Below, one piece after another: positions 22,204-33,143 of a stretch of DNA of 64,000 nt. The notes beneath the pieces were generated by a model. The model was given only the letters and a program-made list of their open reading frames with translations, did no database searches and was not told the DNA's origin. The DNA lies in the NCBI GenBank assembly GCA_963707985.1, contig CAVPRW010000017.1, positions 96,001 to 160,000 of the forward strand, written 5' to 3'. A program made the position numbers and the translations under genes. Position 1 is the first letter of the stretch, and the number at the start of each line of letters is the position of its first letter. This stretch comes from an uncultured Nitrospinota bacterium (GTDB lineage: Bacteria > Tectomicrobia > Entotheonellia > J063 > CAVPRW01).

Positions 22204-25200
22204 ATGCCGACGGGCGAACAACAGCAGGTACGTCAGACCCTCATCGAGAGGCTTCGACTCGATCTTCTTGGCCCCTCTGCCCCCGATGAGGTGCTCGTCC
22301 AGGACAGGGAAACGCGAGAGGGTGACACACCACTTTCCCGTTACCTCATGGGCATCCTCTACCCCTCCAACTCCCTGGTGGCCCCGGAGGAGGACGACTC
22401 CGGGAATTCCGCTGGCGATGGTGAGGAGGAGGATGAGGCTCCCGAGGCACCAATGTGCAGATCACGGGTATTCCCAAACCCTCTTCCATCGGTCTGTCCT
22501 TCGCTGTCACCACCGATGTAGAGGACATCCGCCTTGAGCTTCGCTACGGTCTCTATACTCCAACCGAGAGGGTCCAGCCATTACCGGATGGTAATGCCAA
22601 TGACCGCACGGGCAACAGTGAAAGAAAGAGGCCAACCATCCAGTGGCAGCGGAGCCAAGTTATGGAATCTGTCACGGTCTCTTTGCAGGCCAACAATTCT
22701 CTGGAACTCCCCGGCGGAGGTAAGGGCGAGTGGCTCTGCCGCCGCGATGGCGACCTCCTGGCTATCTCCGTCTTCCTGCGAAATACCAACCTGGGTGGCC
22801 AGGGGCCAGATGACCCTGAACAGTGTCTCTACCAGCCCGAGATCATTATCTCCGGCATCACACAGGAGAGCACCCCGATTGTTAACCGTGCTCACCGGGT
22901 AAACCAGACCATCGATGACCCAGACCTTGAATCCTACAGGCTGTTGTACCGTGATAAACCGGAGTTTGGTGTCGGACACGGGTGTGCCACGGTCTGGGAT
23001 GATTCCGACTGTCCGCTTGACCGTGCCCGGATGATTCGCACAGAACTTTTACCCGATTGTCAGGTGGCCACAACCGAGGCCAGAGGCGGGGTCGGTCTGC
23101 CAGGACTAACCATGGAGATCCTCGCCTCGGCGCCAGCGGGAAACGACATTAAACGCGCGCTGGCTCCACTGGCTGACCAGTATGAGGAATGGATACGCGA
23201 GCGCCGCAACGATGTATCTGACATTCCCCCGGCACTCCGTCCAAAAGCAGCCGAGCATCTTGAGGACTGCGACGAAGCCCTGCGCCGTATACGCGAAGGA
23301 CTCGACCTCGTTGCAGGTGATCCTCTCGTGTTCCGGGCCTTCCAGTTTGCCAATCGCGCCATGATGCTTCAGCGCCAGAAATCCGTCGAGGCCGCAAATT
23401 TTCAGAGAGGGAAAGGCCGGATCTATGACTCGGAACCTCCATCATGGCGGCCTTTCCAGATTGCTTTCATCCTGCTTAACCTGAAGGGAATTGTCGTCCC
23501 CAACTCAGATGACCGCGACATCGTTGACCTCCTGTGGTTTCCCACCGGTGGTGGAAAAACTGAGGCCTACCTGGGCCTTGCCGCCTTTACCATGGGCCTG
23601 CGACGTTTTCGACATACTGACAATCCCCGCCCTGACCTCAGTGGTGACGGTGGCGTGACGGTGTTAATGCGGTACACTCTTCGTCTCCTCACAGTTCAGC
23701 AATTCCAGCGTGCCGCGACCCTGCTATGTGCATGTGAAATACTGCGCCGGCAAGATCCCCAACTGTTCGGCCGCGAGCCGTTCAGTATCGGCCTCTGGGT
23801 TGGCGGCGGCGCAACACCCAACCACATCGACCAGATTCCCGACCCACAATACGGACGAGAACCGGGAGCGCTCCAGGCTCTCGCGAATTTTGATCCAAAG
23901 AATGAACCGCCCACAGGCAATCCGGTGCAGTTGCGATCATGTCCGTGGTGCGGCGAGCCGCTCTCATATACCGATTACACGGCCAGCCGAGAATTGCTGC
24001 ACCTCCAGATCAGATGCCCCAACGAACAGTGCGACTTCCACGGATCTGCCAGCGACCTCATGTCTGGCATCCCGGCCTATGTGGTGGACGAGGACATTTA
24101 CCTCCGCTGCCCAACCATGCTTATCGGCACGGTTGATAAGTTTGCACGACTCCCATGGGATGAGAGGACGAAGGCTCTCTTTGGCCATGTCAATCGACGT
24201 TGTTCACGTCATGATTTCCTCGCCGATGGTGTAGACTACGGTAGTAAATGTGGTAGCCGTCATAATGTACACGGTAACCTTCCGCGAACGGAACTACCCG
24301 CGACCGTCCCTCCCTTCCTTCCTCCAGAACTTATCATCCAGGATGAACTGCACCTCATCACCGGTCCTCTGGGATCGCTGATGGGACTGTACGAGGGCGC
24401 TGTCGATTTTCTGTGCTCCTCCAAGATCGGTCATCGCCCGAAGGTTATCGCCTCCACTGCAACCATCCGCCGTTACCAGGACCAGATTCGTGGCCTGTTT
24501 GACCGGAAGGCTTCTCAGTTTCCCCCGCCTGCTCTGGACGCAGGTGAGTCCTTCTTCGCCGCCGAGACCAGGGAGAAGCCAGGACGGATCTATCTTGGTG
24601 TGTGTGCTCCTGGCAAGAGTATGAAAACTGCCGCTGTTCGCCTACTGGCCTCCATGATGCACACGGCCGAGTGCGAGCGTCTGACGCGCTCCACAGAAGT
24701 CGTCGATCCCTACTGGACCATTGTTTATTACTTCAACAGCCTGCGTGAGCTCGGAGGTGCACTCAGACTCATCGACGATGACATCCGCCAGCGCGTAGCC
24801 TATCTCGCAAACCGAGACGGAATCACTCCCCCACGTATGCCCGAGCGTCGGCCCGAGCTTACCAGTCGCATCCCCGCAAGCGAGATCACCACCCTTCTCA
24901 GAAACATGGAACAGACACTGGCCACCGGCAATGCCATCGACGTATTGCTATGTACGAACATGATCTCTGTCGGGGTCGATATCCAAAGATTTGGCCTCAT
25001 GCTCGTGACCGGGCAGCCAAAAACCAGTGCGGAATATATCCAGGCCACCAGCCGCGTCGGCCGTCAGGCACCCGGCGTGATTTTCACTCTCTACAACTGG
25101 TCCAGGCCCCGAGATTTATCCCATTACGAGAGGTTTGTGACCTACCACTCCATGATGTATCGCCATGTTGAGGCGAGTAGCCTCACCCCCTATTCCTCCC

Positions 25201-25628
25201 GTGCCAGAGACAAGGCCCTCCATGCCGTGTTTATTGCCCTGGTACGCCTGCTCGCGCCTCGAATGTCGTCAAACGATAGTGCACAGCGTTTCAACCCTGC
25301 GGACCCCCTTGTCCGGCGGGTCGTGGACTGTCTCCTCGACCGTGTGCGCCGTAACGACCCGGACGAGTTTGAAGATATGCGCCAACGGCTACAGGCGTTC
25401 ATCGACGGATGGGTAGAGCAGCAGCAACGACACCAGACCGACCTCACCTTCCGTGCACCGGGAGGGGTTCGGCGAAACGTTCGAACCTGGCTGATGCAAT
25501 CCGCCGAGGAGGGTCAGGGGGATGAGTTCCCCCGGGCGACCCTGAATTCCCTGCGTGAGGTTGAGAAGGCCTCCAGGCTCTACTTCAAGAATTTCACACG
25601 ATCCAGAACGGCAGGAAACCGACCATGA
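22204..25628 (+). CDS. drmA: DISARM helicase DrmA (frameshift near 22447)
   Basis: DLLGP..RYLMGILYP N-terminus; WRPFQ, FPTGGGKTEAY, YTLRLLTVQQFQR, QDELHL, YFNSLRELG and EYIQATSRVGR motifs. Confidence 0.92.
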
Positions 25629-27382
25629 ACAGGCAACGCCTTCGCCCGAGTCAGATTATTACCACCTTCGGCCCTGGATCCATTATTGACCTCCCCGACG
25701 ATTCCGTCATGATTGCCGGAATCGATCACTGGTTTTCGGAGGGGAACAAACCACACAGGAAGATCAGCGAGCCACGCCTGCAGGCAACCCTGAGGGTTCG
25801 TGAGTTCAGGACGCCTCCGGTGGGGTCCTTCAACGACAATGACGTCCCCTTTGTACGATTTCCCCGCTGGCGAGTCTGTCCAAAGTGCAATCGCCTCTCT
25901 GACCAGTTTCGCTGGCCGAGAGGAAATCCCGATCTCCCCCCGGTGCCCCGCTGTGACACCTGCAACATGTCAACCTATCCGGCCAGAATCGTGGTGGCCT
26001 GTGCCACCGGGCACATCGACGACTTCCCCTGGTATCGATGGGTCCACCGCGGTCAAAACTGCGGCGGCGGTAACCTGTTCCTGAAAGGTGAAGGAAAATC
26101 AGCGGCCCTGGGAGATCTCCGCGTTGAGTGCGGCTGCGGCAGATCCCGAACTCTCTCGGGTGCACTTGGCAGCGATTCCATGGCCGAGGCCCGGTGCGTA
26201 TGTCAAGGAAGGCGTCCATGGCTCGACGACGAGCGTGAGGAATGTCGCGAACGACTCTACGCCCTTCAACGCGGTGCCTCGAACGTCTATTTCTCGGTCA
26301 TCCGCAGTGCTCTGTCCATTCCACCCTGGTCAGACCCTCTCCAGGCAGAGGTGGCCTCCTGGTGGGGACAATTCCGGAGCCCTCTGCCACCCGAGTCCTG
26401 GTCTGTGGTGATACAGGCCCGCTTTCCTGACAGGCCCGAGGAGAAGGTCAGAGAATGCATAGCCCGTCTCGAGGGACTTCAGACCGAAAGGCCGTCCATC
26501 CGTCGCGAGGAATATCAGGTTCTGGATGCCGACCAGGACCACAATACCCCAGACTTTGAGGCCCGCAGACAGCCCATATCCACCCGCACCAGGAGATTCG
26601 TCTCACAGCTGGTGGCCATTCCCCGGCTTCGTGAGGTGCGGGTACTTCTGGGCTTCACACGCATCCAGGCTCCTGAAATGGACCCCACCGTTGAGGTGTT
26701 TGACGAGCAACAGGGACCCACTGTCACCACTGCTCCTATCTCTGCCAGGCAATCTGAGTGGTTGCCCGGTGTCGAAAATCTCGGAGAGGGAGTTTTCCTG
26801 CGTTTCAACCTTCACCGCCTCCGGGATTGGGAAAGTCAGGACCCGGTGATCCAGAGAGCCACCAGACTACTCGATGCATACTCGCGATGGCGGCAAAGCC
26901 GCGGCTTGCAGGCCCTGAGAGGCCAGGGCCCCCGGCTCATCCTGTTGCACACCCTGGCGCATCTGCTCATCCGGCAGATGTCCCTGGATTGCGGGTATTC
27001 ATCCGCATCGCTCCGCGAGCGCATATACTCCGACGAGAACATGGCCGGATTGCTGGTCTATACCTCCACACCTGACAGCGATGGTAGCCTCGGCGGACTG
27101 GTCAGACAAACCAGGCTCGCAAAGAACCCTGATGGCAGTGAACGCGACAATTTCGGTCGCCTCCTCAGCGACATCATCGAATTCACCCGAACATGCTCGG
27201 GCGATCCCCTCTGCCGTGAACATGACCCCCGTCGCACCGACCGTCTCAACGGGGCGGCCTGTCATGCCTGTGGCATGGTTTCGGAAACCTCCTGTGAATT
27301 TGGCAATCGACTGCTCGACCGTGGGATGGTTGTGAACCTGCCCAACGAGAAACCGACCGGCTACTTTGACTATGATGAATAA
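25625..27382 (+). CDS. drmB: DISARM DrmB (DUF1998 domain)
   Basis: RPSQIITTFGPGS, GHIDDFPW, RGASNVYF, HTLAHLLIRQ..GYSSASLRERIY, CSGDPLC..GAACHAC..ETSCEFGNRLLDR motifs. Confidence 0.95.
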   Translation: MNRQRLRPSQIITTFGPGSIIDLPDDSVMIAGIDHWFSEGNKPHRKISEPRLQATLRVREFRTPPVGSFNDNDVPFVRFPRWRVCPKCNRLSDQFRWPRGNPDLPPVPRCDTCNMSTYPARIVVACATGHIDDFPWYRWVHRGQNCGGGNLFLKGEGKSAALGDLRVECGCGRSRTLSGALGSDSMAEARCVCQGRRPWLDDEREECRERLYALQRGASNVYFSVIRSALSIPPWSDPLQAEVASWWGQFRSPLPPESWSVVIQARFPDRPEEKVRECIARLEGLQTERPSIRREEYQVLDADQDHNTPDFEARRQPISTRTRRFVSQLVAIPRLREVRVLLGFTRIQAPEMDPTVEVFDEQQGPTVTTAPISARQSEWLPGVENLGEGVFLRFNLHRLRDWESQDPVIQRATRLLDAYSRWRQSRGLQALRGQGPRLILLHTLAHLLIRQMSLDCGYSSASLRERIYSDENMAGLLVYTSTPDSDGSLGGLVRQTRLAKNPDGSERDNFGRLLSDIIEFTRTCSGDPLCREHDPRRTDRLNGAACHACGMVSETSCEFGNRLLDRGMVVNLPNEKPTGYFDYDE

Positions 27383-28163
27383 CTCCCCGACGTCCACACC
27401 TACCTGGATTGTCGATCTGGCGGTTGCCGCTTCCAGCTTGAATACGGCGCAACTCCAGCTACTTGCCAGCAGCTACCGGACTGAGCGATCTCCCAGCACC
27501 CCGTCAGCTTCCCAGTTACAGCGCCGCCTTGCCCTCTCAACAGCAGACGCCACCGAACTTGCCCGAAACCTCAGACAGATCCGCACCACGTCACATGTGA
27601 CCAGCGGGGATATCGCTATCGCGCTTGCAACTCTGGCTCAAGCCAGGTCTGCACGTATCCACGGAGATGACCAGGTTGAGGTCGTTTGCACAGCCCCTTC
27701 CCGGCTGGGCGTTCCGCTCCGGACAACCTTTGCCACTGCCGTTGAGATGGTGCACGAGGCGCAGCAGACGATAATCGTTATGGGCTACGTATTTACCGGC
27801 GGTGCGAGGGCACTCATAGAACAGCTGGCGGCTGCTCGCCGCGACCGCGCGGTTCACGTAACATTGATCGGAAATCGCATGCAGGACCACATCCCCATCA
27901 TTCGCTCCATGTGGCCTGCTGACAGTCCCACGCCCGAAGTCTTCAGCCGTGAGACCAGTTCCGACGACAACACGGCAGCCATGCATGCCAAACTCCTGAT
28001 CTCCGACAGCGTGGCCGCACTCATTACCAGCGCCAACTTCTCCCATCATGGGCTCCATGAGAACATTGAGGTAGGCGTGAAAATTCGCTCTCCCTCTGTG
28101 ACACGGCTGGTTGACTTTATTCAGGCGATGATACGGATGGGGGAATTCAAAGCGGTTGAATGA
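27372..28163 (+). CDS. drmC: DISARM phospholipase D-family nuclease DrmC
   Basis: MHAKLLISD (HxK4D), TSANFS and NIEVG motifs; follows drmB. Confidence 0.92.
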   Translation: MMNNSPTSTPTWIVDLAVAASSLNTAQLQLLASSYRTERSPSTPSASQLQRRLALSTADATELARNLRQIRTTSHVTSGDIAIALATLAQARSARIHGDDQVEVVCTAPSRLGVPLRTTFATAVEMVHEAQQTIIVMGYVFTGGARALIEQLAAARRDRAVHVTLIGNRMQDHIPIIRSMWPADSPTPEVFSRETSSDDNTAAMHAKLLISDSVAALITSANFSHHGLHENIEVGVKIRSPSVTRLVDFIQAMIRMGEFKAVE

Positions 28164-28243
28164 ATCACCCGGCGCGCCCCCTCATTCACGAGGAAGTCAT
28201 GTCTATGCTATACTCAATGCTGCTAGCAAAATGGAGGTAGGCC

Positions 28244-28534
28244 ATGAACCTTAGTCGATTACCAGCCGACTTTGAGCAGCTTGTCGAGCGAGAACTCGCC
28301 GCGGGGGAATACCGCTCCGAGGCCGAGCCGGTAGCGGACGCGGTGCGCCTCCTCCGCGAATGCCATAAGAGCCACGAAGGCCCCCCTGAAAACGGCACGC
28401 TGCACATCCCTATTTGGGAGGTCCTTCAAGAAACCCTCAAAGACATCCATGAGGAGGAACTAGACCACCTTCTCCCTCGTGCTGCTGAGCAGCCCGACCA
28501 CTACATCAATGGCACCCCACAAAAGCCCGCATGA
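28244..28534 (+). CDS. ParD-like ribbon-helix-helix antitoxin-type protein (no cognate toxin visible)
   Basis: GGAGG RBS; LVERELAAGEYRSEAE.VADAVRLL motif; C-terminal DHYxxGTP motif. Confidence 0.65.
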   Translation: MNLSRLPADFEQLVERELAAGEYRSEAEPVADAVRLLRECHKSHEGPPENGTLHIPIWEVLQETLKDIHEEELDHLLPRAAEQPDHYINGTPQKPA

Positions 28535-28616
28535 GGCGGCTCTCTACTCCTCTGGCGAGAGTGGACAGCGGATATCTCACCCCTACTATGATAATGTCAT
28601 CTGCATGAGGTTTACT

Positions 28617-28793
28617 ATGGAAACCACAACTTCGCGCGATACCCTAACGACCTCTCCCCTTCTCACACCCGAGGAGCGTCTTAAGCTGTGGCAACGTTTC
28701 AAGGGCATGTGGAAGAACCGCACGCCCGACCCGGTAGAGGAGCTTGAGAAGATGCGCAAGGAGTGGGACCGTGAACTCCCACCGGCCCGCTAA
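28617..28793 (+). CDS. Putative VapB-type antitoxin
   Basis: 58 aa with GMWK..D.VE.LEKMRKEWD motif; directly upstream of a PIN-domain gene. Confidence 0.7.
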   Translation: METTTSRDTLTTSPLLTPEERLKLWQRFKGMWKNRTPDPVEELEKMRKEWDRELPPAR

Positions 28794-28799
28794 CGCTCC

Positions 28800-29170
28800 A
28801 TGTATACCCTCGATACTAACGCCATCATATACTACCTCAAGAGCGAAACAGCGGCGGCCTCAGTCCTTGAACCCATGTTTGCTCAGGACATTGCCCTCTA
28901 TGTATCTGCTATACCGAGCTTGAACTCTTTAGCTCTCCCGCACTGACCGATGAGGATATCTCCGCCATCTCACAGCTTTTAACCTCTGTGGTCATCATCC
29001 CTGTGGACTCGCGTCTTGCTCGCTTTGCTGGATACCTCCGTCGCGAGTATCGCTTAAAGACCGCCGATAGCGCGATTGCTGGAACGGCGCTCCTCACGCA
29101 TACTACGCTGGTAACCCGTAACGTTGAAGATTTCCGACGCATTTCTACTCTTTCGCTCATGGGGATATAG
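28800..29170 (+). CDS. vapC: VapC/PIN-domain toxin, frameshifted near 28913
   Basis: MYTLDTNAIIYYL...VSAI[T]ELE...ADSAIAGTAL...LVTRNVEDF motifs. Confidence 0.85.
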
Positions 29171-29394
29171 AAATCTGGCCAGGCCGAGTGCGCGGTTTCG
29201 TGATGCGGTGAGCCACGGGCAAAGGTCACAAGGCTTGATGTTCTATCTTGCTGACTATAGCGAGGATGAGCAGCTCTTTCGGACTGGCCAGTAGGAAGTG
29301 GCCTACCAGCTTTTTCTCAACTGGCCAGGCAGTATGCTCTCCGGAGAGAGCGGCGTCTTGTTTAGGCCCAACGATCCGGCCAACCGGCTACCCG

Positions 29395-29723
29395 ATTGAC
29401 TCACGAGCCTCGCAGATCGCCGCCCTGACGCTCTGGCTCCGTGCCCAACGTGCATATCAAATAATGGATTTCAAGGCCGACCGCCCCAGAATCGCCCAGA
29501 CGAACATCATCTGCGCTGAACCTATGCCAGGAGAGAGAACCCTTCTGGAGGAGGTCGTGACGGAGCTCCAGCCCCCAATCCTGGGACAGCTGGTGCGAGT
29601 GATTTTCGACAGGATGCAGCTTGCAGGAGAGGCTGGGTCGCTCCTCAGGATCGAAGCAGACATTGCTGACGCGGTCGCTGAGGCGAAGAAGCAGTGGCTT
29701 ACCAGACCGAAAGCGGAGCAATT
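29395..29723 (+). pseudogene. pglX: BREX methyltransferase PglX, internal fragment
   Basis: IDSRASQIAALTLWLRAQR...CAEPMPGE...AGEAGSLLRIE; no valid N-terminus; ends at an IS. Confidence 0.8.
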
Positions 29724-31080
29724 CTGACTCTAGCGGATTTCGTGGTTGGTGAAGAGCCTTTGCAAACAAGAGGATGATTCCACCGCTGACCCCATCCTGT
29801 GGGGGTGTCGAAACCGCAGCGTGGGGAGGAAGTGATGGAACCCTCCCGGGGAAAAGTATCTGCGTGCCCTTCGCAAGCGAAGACCACTCTACGGCCTGTG
29901 TCGCCGAGCCGGAGTGCGTGCGCCAGCATCTGGGAGCGCGGCACAGGGAGCCTCCGGAACTGTTGCCCGAGCGCTTCGCCGAGGGCTTCAGGTTCCACGA
30001 CCAGCGCTGGTCGATCAAGCAGCCGCTCTGGACGCGCCGCATCGAGCTCACGGCCACGGGGCAGCTCTTGCAGAGACGACCCTCGTGCCTGATGCCTTCC
30101 ATGGTCGCACGTACCGACGAGGGGGAGAAGGCCCTCGACCTGCGCCACTGGGGCGTGCCCTGCGCCGCGCGCTGCGACGTGTGCGGACGCAGCCCGATGG
30201 TCTGGTATCGAGCCGAAGTCGCGTTGGGACGGCCCTCCATCGTCGGCAGCACCGTCAAGCAGCCCCAGAGGCGGCCCGAGGACCTGCTCGCCGACGAGAA
30301 GCCTACCTGGGCGTTCGGGCACACGGGCTATGTGCCAACCACGGTGGGCGGCGGCGGCCTCCTCGGTGCCGCCGTGGCCGAAGCGGCCTCGGCCGAAGCT
30401 CTGGAGGCCGCGTCTGGAGCGTGTGCCCACGAGGCCCGCACGCTTTGGCCTGCCGACCGCCCTCAGACGGTGTGCACTGACGGCTGGGACGCCACGCCAA
30501 GCGCCTGGAAGAGCCTCTTGCCGGCCGTCTGCAGCATCCTGTGTTGCCTGCACGCGGTCCGCAACGTCGCCGAGCGCGGTGGGCGCGACCTTGCGCTGCG
30601 CACGCTCGTCCTGGACCGGGTCTGGGAGGTCGATGACGCATGCACAAGAGCCCAGTGCTCTCAGCGGCTGCGCCGTCTGCGCGAGTGGGCGACGACGCGC
30701 CTGTCCGAGGGGGCCGTCCGGGACATGGTCCTCAAGCTCGGCCGCCAGGGCCCACAGTTCGTGCACGCGTACCGCTTCCCTACAGCGCCTCGGACCTCCA
30801 AGGCCCTCGATCGGCTCCTGAACCATCAGGACCGGCGGCTCTCTGCGATGCGCGACTGGCACGGCACACCCGAAAGCGCCCGCCTGGCCGTGCGTGCCAT
30901 GGCCGTGCCGTGGAACTTCCATCCGTACGGGGCCCGCTGTCGCGGCGACGATCGGACGCGCCGCTCGCCCTTCCACGACCGTAACGGCTTCGAGTCTCAC
31001 CCCCACTGGCTTCACAACCTGCTCATGGCCTCCTCCATGGGAGGACGAAGATGATGAACCACGAAATCCGATAGAGTCAG
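29724..31080 (+). mobile_element. Insertion sequence copy 2 (same family as 3057-4417, opposite orientation); transposase ORF 29774-31054
   Basis: IRs CTGACTCTAGCGGATTTCGTGGTT and AACCACGAAATCCGATAGAGTCAG; continuous 426-aa ORF; no target duplication. Confidence 0.9.
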
Positions 31081-31992
31081 GCTGAACCCATAGCAGACAT
31101 AAGACAACTTGTCGGCGACCTGCTCTCCTATGCCGTCGGCTGCGCCTTCGGTCGCTGGGACGTACGCTTCGCCACCGGCGCACAGAAACCGCCTGAGCTG
31201 CCCGACCCTTTTGCTCCTCTTTCCATCTGTTCGACGGGCATGCTTACCGGCGAGGATGGCCTCCCATTGCGTGAAGCCCCACCAGGGTACCCCCTCCGCA
31301 TTGACCAAGACGGTATCCTGATAGACGACCGCGACCATCCCGACGATATCATCCGCCGCCTGCGAGACGTGCTCGAGGTGCTCTGGCAGGACCGCGCCGA
31401 AGCCATCGAACAGGAAGTCTGTGGGATCCTCGGCGTCAGGGAACTGCGTGACTATTTCCGAAGGCCCGGCAAGGCTGGCTTCTGGGATGACCACGTGTCC
31501 CGCTACTCAAAGAGCCACCGAAAAGCCCCTATCTACTGGCTGCTGCAATCCTCGAAGAAGAACTACGCCCTGTGGATCTACTACCACCGGCTCGACAGGG
31601 ATATACTCTTTAAAGCTTTGCTGAGCTATGTTGAGCCGAAAATCAGGCTGAAGGAAAGCCGCCTCGAACCGCTGCGGGCACAGCGGACAGCGGCAGGCAC
31701 CTCAGGCAAGGGCGTCAAGACGCTTGAAAAAGAGATCGACCGCCAGGAGGAAGTTATCTCCGAACTGCGGGACTTTGAGGAGAAGCTGCGCCGTGTCGCT
31801 AACCTACACCTTGACCCTGACCTCAACGACGGCGTGGTCCTGAACATTGCCCCGCTCTGGGAACTCGTCCCGTGGAAGGAGGCTAAGAAATACTGGGATG
31901 AATTGCGCGACGGGAAATACGAGTGGTCGTCCATTGGCAAGCAGCTACGCCAGAAGGGAATTACTCAGAATCCTTTGTCCAGAATCTATTAA
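31081..31992 (+). pseudogene. pglX: BREX methyltransferase PglX, C-terminal fragment
   Basis: LLSYAVGCAFGRWD, YSKSHRKAPIYWLL, WIYYHRL and PDLNDGVVLNIAPL motifs; frame is open from the IS end. Confidence 0.88.
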
Positions 31993-32037
31993 CGCCTGAA
32001 TATGGATGGCCGAGGACCACGGATCGAGGAGATAATT

Positions 32038-32268
32038 ATGCCAACCGTTACCATCGAAGAAGCGCAGACGAAATTGCTCGAACTGATTCACGCTCTGCTC
32101 CATGGCGAGGAACTGGTCATCACCGAGAAGAATCAACCCATCGCCACGCTGAGCCGCAGTCCTCGGACTTCCTGGCCGTGTCAACCTGGAAGCGCCAAAG
32201 GTAAGAACCACTGGATGGCGGAAGATTTTGATGCACCATTAGACGACTTCAAAGAATATACAGCATGA
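32038..32268 (+). CDS. Phd/YefM-like antitoxin with a DUF2281-like tail
   Basis: EEAQTKLLELI...GEELVIT...PIA and GSAKG..WMAEDFDAPLDDF motifs. Confidence 0.85.
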   Translation: MPTVTIEEAQTKLLELIHALLHGEELVITEKNQPIATLSRSPRTSWPCQPGSAKGKNHWMAEDFDAPLDDFKEYTA

Positions 32269-32651
32269 AACTGCTCTTGGATGCGCATACATTTCTATGG
32301 TTTGTTTGGGATGACGCGCAACTGACGAATAACGCTAAAGAGTTGATCACAAACCCTACGAATCAGAAATTCGTCAGTGCGGCGATTTATTGGGAGATTG
32401 CGATTAAGGTGAGCATCGGCAAACTCGATCTGGGTGAGCCGTACCGGGCTTTTATGCGCCTCGAGATTGCTCGGAACAACTGTGATATCCTACCCATAAG
32501 CGTAGACCATGCGGCTGCGGTTTCAGTTTTGCCTTTTCATCATCGCGATCCCTTCGACCGCTTGCTCATCGCCCAGGCAATGGTGGGACAGGTGCCAATC
32601 GTCAGCGGCGATACCGCATTTGATGCGTACCCAATTACCCGGCTGTGGTAG
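32265..32651 (+). CDS. vapC: VapC/PIN-domain toxin
   Basis: MKLLLDAHTFLW, WEIAIK and HHRDPFDRLLIAQA motifs; ATGA overlap with the antitoxin. Confidence 0.92.
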   Translation: MKLLLDAHTFLWFVWDDAQLTNNAKELITNPTNQKFVSAAIYWEIAIKVSIGKLDLGEPYRAFMRLEIARNNCDILPISVDHAAAVSVLPFHHRDPFDRLLIAQAMVGQVPIVSGDTAFDAYPITRLW

Positions 32652-32722
32652 TCACTGCTCCGTGGTCGTCGTGAAGGAGACTGGTGCGACCCCGAACAGT
32701 TCTGTGACCTGAGGATAGATCA

Positions 32723-32977
32723 ATGAATGCTACAACTGTGAAAGAGGCAAAGAAACATTTGGATCGTCTAATTGAACAGGTCAATGCTGATGCGGAGCCA
32801 ACTATCATCTGTGGTGATCGAGGCCAGAAAGCTGTACTCCTCTCCCTCGAAGAATTCAATTCCTGGCAAGAGACCTTGTATTTGCTCTCCAATCCAGCAA
32901 ATGCCGAACACCTATGCCAATCCATTGCCGAAGCCAAGGCTGGCAAGAGTCTGGAGAGAGAGTTAATAAACCCATGA
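32723..32977 (+). CDS. yefM: YefM antitoxin
   Basis: AVLLSLEEFNSWQETLYLLSNPANAEHL motif. Confidence 0.92.
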   Translation: MNATTVKEAKKHLDRLIEQVNADAEPTIICGDRGQKAVLLSLEEFNSWQETLYLLSNPANAEHLCQSIAEAKAGKSLERELINP

Positions 32978-33084
32978 AGGTCGTGTTTACCGAGTCTGCC
33001 TGGCAGGATTATCTCTGGTTTCAGGAGCAGAGTCGGCAGCTGTTGAAGCGCATCAACGATACCTTTGCGATGTCTCCCTTGTGA
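32974..33084 (+). pseudogene. yoeB: YoeB/Txe toxin, truncated to 36 aa
   Basis: MKVVFTESAWQDYLWFQEQSRQLLKRIN then loses similarity and stops. Confidence 0.85.
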
Positions 33085-33143
33085 GTTCAAGGGGTGTCGT
33101 TTTCTGCGGGGTCCCAGGCACAACGACTCCTGGAGAAGGAACA

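Noticed and set aside
3057..31080. Inversion or composite transposon between the two inverted IS copies
   Set aside because: No target duplications, swapped or otherwise; the pglX fragments on both sides of copy 2 remain co-oriented and in order.
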